Positions 50,832 to 57,379 of a stretch of DNA of 64,000 nt are shown one piece after another; positions within the stretch are counted from its first letter, which is position 1, and each line of letters opens with the position of its first letter. The notes beneath the pieces were generated by a model. It saw only the letters and a list, made by a program, of their open reading frames with translations. It did no database searches and was not told the DNA's origin. Origin of the DNA: a virus (taxonomy: Duplodnaviria; Caudoviricetes); the IMG/VR virus record IMGVR_UViG_3300031999_000006, positions 32,622 to 96,621 of that record, one strand, 5' to 3'. A program made the translations under genes and the position numbers.

Positions 50832-51057
50832 GGATGGTGGTATCCTCTGGAAGCCAGTAGAATTTTCTATATCCAGGCCTATTAGTAGGAATGTCAACTC
50901 GATAATAAAGGACACCAGCCAGATCGGTGACCGCCATTATGATTCCGGTTCCATGCTTGTTGACTTCATAGTTCGACTTGGTAAAGTATCTGGGGGCAAG
51001 ATGGAATGCTCTTTTCCCGATGTTTGCTAAAAGCTCCGACTTATTGATCATCTTCAC
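50803..51057 (-). CDS. Hypothetical protein
   Basis: Coupled ORF; its 3' end overlaps the promoter. Confidence 0.45.
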   Translation of the reverse strand: MKMINKSELLANIGKRAFHLAPRYFTKSNYEVNKHGTGIIMAVTDLAGVLYYRVDIPTNRPGYRKFYWLPEDTTILDTEKSNPI

Positions 51058-52385
51058 TCTCCCTGATAGGGTTGCTCATGCTGGAGTCCCTCAAAGGTCA
51101 GTCGGGTTATGGAAGTTTCTTTCCAACTATGCCACTCCTTGTGCTCCTTCACCGTGGCCTTTTTGATCAGGACCGCTTCTCCGATCTCGACCTTTTTGTA
51201 ATTGGTCTGATAACCTTCCTTCGTATAGACCTTAATCTCGTGATTGAGAACCGTCCCGGTGAACCAAGTGAAAACGAAGTTATCCTTTTTAAACTTATAA
51301 AGGCGAGAGGGGCCCCACGGACTGTCGAAGGGACCATAGACGCCAATGAGTTCAACTTCGCCGATAGGTAATCTTTTCCCAACTTCTCCAAAGTATTCAC
51401 TAAAGATATAATCTGCAACTTTCCTAGCTTGATCTGTAGCTCTACGATAGGCGGCAACCATTGAGCAAGCAAAGCCGAACCGACGGAAAGTAGTAACTCC
51501 AGCTTTCGCAATGATGCTCAGATTGTAAAGGTAATCATCTCCAGTTACTTCGTTCTGAGGAAGGTTGCTAGCCCATTTAATAATTTGATCAGTCTCGGCC
51601 ATCATCTCCTTCGTGTAGATAAGTTTCTCATCATGCCCAGTGGGATCGGGCGCAAAGTAATCTCCCACCCTATCCGCAGTAGCACGTCCCGATCCTGTTT
51701 CTGCCTTTGATCGGGATAACCATCCGTAGGCCGCAATGGCCGCGATAGTGTGGGCCAGGACCTGGGAGAGTTCAAAGTACTCTTCCTCATAATGTCCACC
51801 GCCCCAACTATACTCCTCAGCATCGTCCGCCATGCGGAAGACCGCTAGGAAGTACTCGGCATACGAGGCGGCATGCTCAGGATTCTCATGCCCCAAGAAA
51901 TCACGAAGGCACTGACGACCGACCTGTTTGTGTACGCCTTCATCATTCCGGACAATGAAGGTATCCCGGCGCCAGAGTTTTTTGTGACAGTGATCGCAAG
52001 TATAACGATCGGCATCCCGGAACTCAATCGGAATCTCATAACCAGGCAGGGTCTTGACTGCGGTACCGATGGTTTCGTCATGCTCCAACTTGGCGACGAA
52101 GGTCCACCCGGACAACTTGGGCGTATCACCCCAAACCTTAATAGTGCGCCACTTGATCAGGCGCTTGTCTTCCTTGATCTCATCGCCGCCCTGATCATAG
52201 GCACCCTTAATAATGATGGGCGGAGCCTGCTTGATCGCCTCACTGATAACTTCGTAGCCGACCTCTCCGCAGTTCAACTTTTTAGAGCGCTTCAGGATCT
52301 TGAGGAATCGTTCCTCAAAGAGGCGCCAATTACAATCCGGGATCTCGAAGATTCGTTCCTCTTTGATCGGCTGGTCGTTCATCAC
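51054..52385 (-). CDS. Phage protein with Zn-binding motif and possible C-terminal OB-like domain
   Basis: CDHC...RR...QVGRQCLRDFLG; C-terminal ATVKEHKEW...TSITR. Confidence 0.6.
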   Translation of the reverse strand: MMNDQPIKEERIFEIPDCNWRLFEERFLKILKRSKKLNCGEVGYEVISEAIKQAPPIIIKGAYDQGGDEIKEDKRLIKWRTIKVWGDTPKLSGWTFVAKLEHDETIGTAVKTLPGYEIPIEFRDADRYTCDHCHKKLWRRDTFIVRNDEGVHKQVGRQCLRDFLGHENPEHAASYAEYFLAVFRMADDAEEYSWGGGHYEEEYFELSQVLAHTIAAIAAYGWLSRSKAETGSGRATADRVGDYFAPDPTGHDEKLIYTKEMMAETDQIIKWASNLPQNEVTGDDYLYNLSIIAKAGVTTFRRFGFACSMVAAYRRATDQARKVADYIFSEYFGEVGKRLPIGEVELIGVYGPFDSPWGPSRLYKFKKDNFVFTWFTGTVLNHEIKVYTKEGYQTNYKKVEIGEAVLIKKATVKEHKEWHSWKETSITRLTFEGLQHEQPYQGE

Positions 52386-52942
52386 TTAATCCCCTTGGCT
52401 CCGTGCTTCTCAACCAGGTCATTATAGCGCATGAGCCACCGGGCAGATATCTGATAGTACCTCTCTGCCTTCGCCTTCAGACCCTTCTCACTGGCCTCGT
52501 TGGCCCTGCACAACCATTGGGCGGAGAACTGATAGGCGCGTTCGGCCTTGGCATCAATGAGGGGGGAGGAAGCTGGTGCCAATTGTTCATCGGCAGAGGC
52601 GGAATTCTCCGCCCCGGGTGCCAGCCCCTCACGACCCCTGCTCTCAGGACCAATCAATCCAGTTAGGCGCGAGGATTCGAGCGCCGACTGATCCTGAGAG
52701 GAGGAGCCATGATTGACTCTTACTTCCCGCTCCTCAACAACGACCACCGGGTCACCATCGGCTCGGCGGGTCTGAAGGCGAACGACCAGGAGTGCAGGAC
52801 CAAAGGCGCTGGTTTTGAAAACGCGCTCAACTACTGCTAGTTCGTTGGTTTCAATGATGACCACATGGTCGCCATGATTGATCTTGTTGATCAAGTTATC
52901 TCCGATAGTCCGCGATGGATCGTAAGTCACGAAATTATCCAT
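52382..52942 (-). CDS. Hypothetical protein
   Basis: Coupled ORF. Confidence 0.5.
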   Translation of the reverse strand: MDNFVTYDPSRTIGDNLINKINHGDHVVIIETNELAVVERVFKTSAFGPALLVVRLQTRRADGDPVVVVEEREVRVNHGSSSQDQSALESSRLTGLIGPESRGREGLAPGAENSASADEQLAPASSPLIDAKAERAYQFSAQWLCRANEASEKGLKAKAERYYQISARWLMRYNDLVEKHGAKGIK

Positions 52943-52944
52943 GG

Positions 52945-53421
52945 TCAGACTCCCTTCGCAAGCGCAAACGATTCGGCGAAGAACTCCTCAACGTTCTTCT
53001 CACTATACTTCGTGGGGAAGGAAACCAACCCCTTCTTGGCCTGATCAAAAAGTTCCTCAACGTCCTTACGTTCACTCTGCGTCAACCGAAGGAACCAAAC
53101 TGCATGACCAATCTCATGAAGGATGTTATACTCGGTCACCACCACACCAGGAGTTGCACGAAGGAGGATCCGACCACCATCACTCTCACACATCCCCAAA
53201 GCACTCTTCGGCCGATATCCGGAGAGTTCAGTTGCCCACTCATCTTCTGAAGTAATGATCCGAATTTCCCAGATGCACCGCCGATCCCACCCACTCAATT
53301 TATTGATACTTTGCCGGATGGTTTGTTCCGAAACTGAATCGGCTCCAATGATCAAAGGATGCTTTGCAAATCCAAAAAGGAAAAGGCTTAGGCTCAGGAC
53401 CTGAAGGATTTCTTTTACCAT
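52945..53421 (-). CDS. Zinc metallopeptidase, lethal-factor/PPEP-like zincin with N-terminal signal-like segment
   Basis: ILHEIGHAV...YSEKNVEEFFAESFA; hydrophobic N-terminus VLSLSLFLFGFA. Confidence 0.7.
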   Translation of the reverse strand: MVKEILQVLSLSLFLFGFAKHPLIIGADSVSEQTIRQSINKLSGWDRRCIWEIRIITSEDEWATELSGYRPKSALGMCESDGGRILLRATPGVVVTEYNILHEIGHAVWFLRLTQSERKDVEELFDQAKKGLVSFPTKYSEKNVEEFFAESFALAKGV

Positions 53422-53452
53422 CTTTGCCTTTCTCATTTTCATCCTCACTATT

Positions 53453-53481
53453 ATTATATATGATGGTTTTCTAAGTGTCAA
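53453..53481 (-). promoter_or_regulatory. Early sigma70 promoter
   Basis: TTGACA-cttagaaaaccatcata(17)-TATAAT. Confidence 0.85.
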
Positions 53482-53574
53482 GCATTACTTTCCTAAAATG
53501 GGTACTATAAACTATTGATAAGAAAGAGAATAGAAAATATTTTCAATTTCCTTTGATCATGTCCCCAGAGTCCC

Positions 53575-53880
53575 CTAAAAAATAGGTAGTTCAGGGGAGT
53601 TACCCATGGGCTCAGGATACCGTACCTTTGGTCGCCTGATCACCTCTCGCCTCAGATTTTCTCGGATAACATCAAGGAACCCATCGAGTTCGGACTTGAC
53701 CTTTCGTAGTGAATGAATAGCCTCCTCATAGACAGTGCCGATGCCCACAAACTTACCATAGGAGGGACCGAACTTTGTAGTTAAATCCTGGTTCCTTTTT
53801 CGGCACTCCTCAAGTACGGCATTGATAAACTTGACCTGACTAAGTGCGCTTCGTTCCGCCTCTTCGATTGAGCAATTCAT
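53575..53880 (-). CDS. Hypothetical protein
   Basis: Last ORF of the late operon. Confidence 0.5.
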   Translation of the reverse strand: MNCSIEEAERSALSQVKFINAVLEECRKRNQDLTTKFGPSYGKFVGIGTVYEEAIHSLRKVKSELDGFLDVIRENLRREVIRRPKVRYPEPMGNSPELPIF

Positions 53881-53881
53881 A

Positions 53882-54184
53882 TTAGTTCCCTCCGAATAGT
53901 TTTAACTTCAACAACGCCGAAACAAGAAATAGAAGTATGGCTGATGCGAACCCACCCACTGCTCCATACATACCATTCTTGACCTTCTGTACTGCTTTTT
54001 GGATAGCAATTTCTTGTTGTATATCTTCAACCGCTTGCTTTACTTCACAAATACATTCGTGATTGCTTTTTAGTGAACCAATAATAGCGGTAATGTTTTC
54101 ATTCGCTACCCTTAGTGCTTCCTCAGCTCGTCCTTTAAATTCAGCGACTTCCCGCAGGTAACGTTCAAATTCTTCTGGTGCCAT
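53882..54184 (-). CDS. Coiled-coil protein with C-terminal TM, holin-like
   Basis: MAPEEF... coiled coil followed by GAVGGFASAILLFLVSALL. Confidence 0.5.
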   Translation of the reverse strand: MAPEEFERYLREVAEFKGRAEEALRVANENITAIIGSLKSNHECICEVKQAVEDIQQEIAIQKAVQKVKNGMYGAVGGFASAILLFLVSALLKLKLFGGN

Positions 54185-54419
54185 GTTTAACTCTCCTTTT
54201 TCTACATCCAAGAAAGGTTCCAGCTCCAGTTCCCAACGCATACGCGAGGAAGAGGGAATCTGATCCGAATGTAAGATTGAATACTTTCATAGTTCCATAC
54301 GTAATGACCATGGCCAAGATAGAGGCCAACCAGACCGAGTGACGTGATAGGGCTAGATAGTACTTTGCGATCAAAAAGTCCTGAACGACTCCGATCAAGA
54401 AGTACAGGCCAAGGATCAT
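54165..54419 (-). CDS. Small three-TM membrane protein (holin-like/DUF5698-like)
   Basis: Three hydrophobic segments, AYALGTGAGTFLG, basic tail. Confidence 0.5.
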   Translation of the reverse strand: MILGLYFLIGVVQDFLIAKYYLALSRHSVWLASILAMVITYGTMKVFNLTFGSDSLFLAYALGTGAGTFLGCRKRRVKHGTRRI

Positions 54420-54452
54420 CTGACCCTCCTTCAACATTTGTTTTCTGTACCA

Positions 54453-55703
54453 TTAGTCCCTCAAGTCCCAATACCAGTTTGTCGCAATTTGAAGATCGTC
54501 GAAATCAAGGTTAATACGAGCCGCCGTGCCCGTGGTATTACAATAAAAGGATACCTGAGTCCACAACTCACTCATGGTTCGACATGCCTTTGGAGCACCC
54601 ATCTGAACTCCATCAATGAAAACGAGTGCGTAGGGATTGGCCGCTCCTCCGACAATGAACAAGTCAACTTCGTACCACTGATTATTGTTTATGGGATTCA
54701 CTAACGAGATGATAGCCGTCCCAGTCCAAAAGGCCAAACTACCACCACTCACACTATTAAAATAAACCTGAGCGCAATCGGCATTGGATAATGTCCCAAT
54801 CTGAAATCCCTTTGTTCCCACCGTTTTATCTGACGTTCTCATTTTACAGTGGAAACGAGTCCCAAACGCGAGGCCCCAGGGCCATGCCGCACCAGTCAAT
54901 ATCCAACACCGTGAAGTCCCCTCTGTAACTGTATCACCATCGAGCTGTCCCATCTTATCCGCACCAGCATTAACGACAACCTTCGCCGTGGTATCCCCAA
55001 TTAAACTAGCATCCCATGCCGCAAAGTTAGTATAGGAACCTTGTCCAAGAATATTGGCAGTATTAAGCCCGTCGAATAGCTCACTAATAAGAGTACGCAT
55101 TCCTGGTTTAAGCCAGGTCCCAGCCCCACTCAAGAAGCTCTCGGTATCTCCGTCTCGCTTCGGAGCAAGGCCATGGAGTGTCGGCGAAACATCAAGGTCT
55201 GTGTTATCGTCCGGAGCGGCTAAATCGTCCAGCTTGATCGCATCAGCACCCCCACCACTTTCGTGTTGTGCCTTATGTAACGCGTCGGCAAACGCTGAGG
55301 CATGCTCTCCATCAACCTTGTCTGAATCACCTACCTGAGAGATAATGTCTCCACCGCCATGCTGATGGGAGACAGGAGCAAAGTCAGCAGCATGGTCTCC
55401 ATCGACCGTATCAGCATCCCCCGCCTCAGTGGCATAGTCAGACGCATCCACCACACCATCGTCGTTGGTATCGTAGATGGCCTTCATCATGTCGCCTGCA
55501 CCAGCGGCGGCAAACTCAAGACCATCTACAGTCGCCTTTACCACAACAACCTTTCCACCTTCCCCAACATAACTATTTGGAACATCCGTCAGGTCAGTAA
55601 AGGCAGATGCGCCACCCCCTATTGCCTTTATTCTTTTTAGATAGTTCTGTAGAATGCGATCAAGCTCCGCCTCAGTAATGAACCGCTCTCTGCTTCCAGG
55701 CAT
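54453..55703 (-). CDS. Tail fibre/receptor-binding protein
   Basis: FTDLTDVPNSY, GDMMKAIYDTNDDGVVD, repeated D(T/K)VDGxHA, FLSGAGTW fibre motifs; beta-rich lectin-like C-terminus. Confidence 0.7.
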   Translation of the reverse strand: MPGSRERFITEAELDRILQNYLKRIKAIGGGASAFTDLTDVPNSYVGEGGKVVVVKATVDGLEFAAAGAGDMMKAIYDTNDDGVVDASDYATEAGDADTVDGDHAADFAPVSHQHGGGDIISQVGDSDKVDGEHASAFADALHKAQHESGGGADAIKLDDLAAPDDNTDLDVSPTLHGLAPKRDGDTESFLSGAGTWLKPGMRTLISELFDGLNTANILGQGSYTNFAAWDASLIGDTTAKVVVNAGADKMGQLDGDTVTEGTSRCWILTGAAWPWGLAFGTRFHCKMRTSDKTVGTKGFQIGTLSNADCAQVYFNSVSGGSLAFWTGTAIISLVNPINNNQWYEVDLFIVGGAANPYALVFIDGVQMGAPKACRTMSELWTQVSFYCNTTGTAARINLDFDDLQIATNWYWDLRD

Positions 55704-55705
55704 TG

Positions 55706-57046
55706 TTATCTCTCGCTAGGTTGATCTTCACACGTACCAGGTTTCTTATATTTCTTTCCCCAAAGTTCACCTGTACGAGCAAGTGTGACCAAGGATATCT
55801 CCGCCCACATTCTCTGAAACTTACAATGGTTGGTGAGAATCATCTTACGATCACCCGTGCACTGAAAGTTCATCGCATTACATCCACCCCGACAACGCCA
55901 ACGAGCAACACAATCGTCACACTTGAACCCCGAGGTGGGATCAGGATACATATACTCTCTCTTGAGATCCTGAACCTCAGCCAGTTTATGCTCATCAAAC
56001 CCTTTCCAAATATCACCTATCGCCAGTGATGGATCCGAGAACGAGGCGTATCGTTGGCAGGCAAACAACTTCCCTTCGGAATCAACGCCTACCACTCCTC
56101 GTGCAATTCCGCAAACGTGGCCGGTTTGTTCTTGGGCTCCGAGGAATCCAAGTCCATCCTCAATAAACTTCATCCAGATAGGCAGACCCGCCCGCCTTCG
56201 TTCTACATAAATCTCGGCAAGATTCTCATACATTAACCGGGCCTCTTGAAGGCTCTCATCTGTCCAATCCGCCTCGTAAGCCACCTCAGTAGCCACAATA
56301 TACAACCCCTTGCTATGAAACCAGCGAAGGTCAGCCAACCAGTCTGCTACCGTATCAGGGGTAATGGTCGGACGTATTTCCGGAGTTGGATAATACTCCA
56401 GGATCAAATCCAACGGAATAAGATGATGGGAGTTTCCCCCACCAACTGTCTTCCTATGATGATCATGAGTCTCGGGACGACCATCAATACTGAAGAGAGG
56501 AACCATCTCCCACTTCTTCATGAACTCCAAACGCTCCCGATTGAGAAGGGTTGCGTTGGTGGTCATGCCCCAACGAACTTTCCGTCCATACAACTTATTG
56601 TAATAGTCAGAGAACTCCTCTACAAATTGAGTGAGACTGTCCCACTCAACCGTTGGCTCTCCTCCGAAGAATTGAATACTGATGTCATGAGCGCCCAACC
56701 GTTTGTCTTCCTCCTCGGTGAGAAAGACTTTCAGCCGATCAAGCATTTCCTTAGTTGCGGAGATCGGTTTCTTCGTTGCGTAACAATAGGTACAACGAAG
56801 GTTACATTCGTTCGTTAGAAAAACGAAATAGTTTGCTTCGTTCTGCCCACTAGTACCTTTGTCTTTTTGATCAGCATAGCACTTTTGGCAGTGGTAACAA
56901 TCGGCACAGTCAATGGAATCATCCTTCACGAACCACTCCTCAGGAATCTTCCCATCGGCTTGAGCCTGAAGAAACATTTCTGCGTTCACATGTTTTGCTA
57001 CCCCTTTCTCGCAATGGTAACAGTTAAGACATGCTTTATCATTCAT
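55706..57046 (-). CDS. Radical SAM/SPASM maturase with Cys-rich N-terminal extension
   Basis: CNLRCTYC, FFGGEP, TTNATLL, SIDG; SPASM CGIARG..VDSEGKLFAC...CDDC..RWRCRGGC...HC. Confidence 0.92.
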   Translation of the reverse strand: MNDKACLNCYHCEKGVAKHVNAEMFLQAQADGKIPEEWFVKDDSIDCADCYHCQKCYADQKDKGTSGQNEANYFVFLTNECNLRCTYCYATKKPISATKEMLDRLKVFLTEEEDKRLGAHDISIQFFGGEPTVEWDSLTQFVEEFSDYYNKLYGRKVRWGMTTNATLLNRERLEFMKKWEMVPLFSIDGRPETHDHHRKTVGGGNSHHLIPLDLILEYYPTPEIRPTITPDTVADWLADLRWFHSKGLYIVATEVAYEADWTDESLQEARLMYENLAEIYVERRRAGLPIWMKFIEDGLGFLGAQEQTGHVCGIARGVVGVDSEGKLFACQRYASFSDPSLAIGDIWKGFDEHKLAEVQDLKREYMYPDPTSGFKCDDCVARWRCRGGCNAMNFQCTGDRKMILTNHCKFQRMWAEISLVTLARTGELWGKKYKKPGTCEDQPSER

Positions 57047-57055
57047 AGTTTACTC

Positions 57056-57379
57056 CTATTGGTGCGTAACACATAACTGACAATTATTACAAATCTGACA
57101 AGTGGGACACTCCCCTGAATAACACGCCGACTGGCATGTATTACAAATCTGACACGTCGAACACTGAGCCGTATAACAACTTTGACACGAATCGCATAAC
57201 TGACAAGTGGGACACTGCCCTGTATAGCAGGCGGCTTGACAGGTATTACAAAGTTCACAAGTACCACACTGTCCTGTATAGCAGGCGGCTTGACATGCCA
57301 CACAAACCTGACAACTTCCGCATACGGCGGCAAAACATGCCTGACAGGCATCACAACTCTGACATGTTGGGCAAGCCAT
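57056..57379 (-). CDS. Cys-rich repeat peptide (107 aa, 30 Cys), candidate radical SAM substrate
   Basis: Six 17-18-aa units CxxC(Q/E)xCxxCQx(x)CxxxQ/E/V; GGAGGA SD; ATG overlaps the upstream stop (TAATG). Confidence 0.85.
   Translation of the reverse strand: MACPTCQSCDACQACFAAVCGSCQVCVACQAACYTGQCGTCELCNTCQAACYTGQCPTCQLCDSCQSCYTAQCSTCQICNTCQSACYSGECPTCQICNNCQLCVTHQ

Noticed and set aside
48364-53481. Track starts at 48430 and 53481 (MTLR...)
   Set aside because: The TTG is the -35 box of the repeated promoter. The likely starts are 48364 and 53421.
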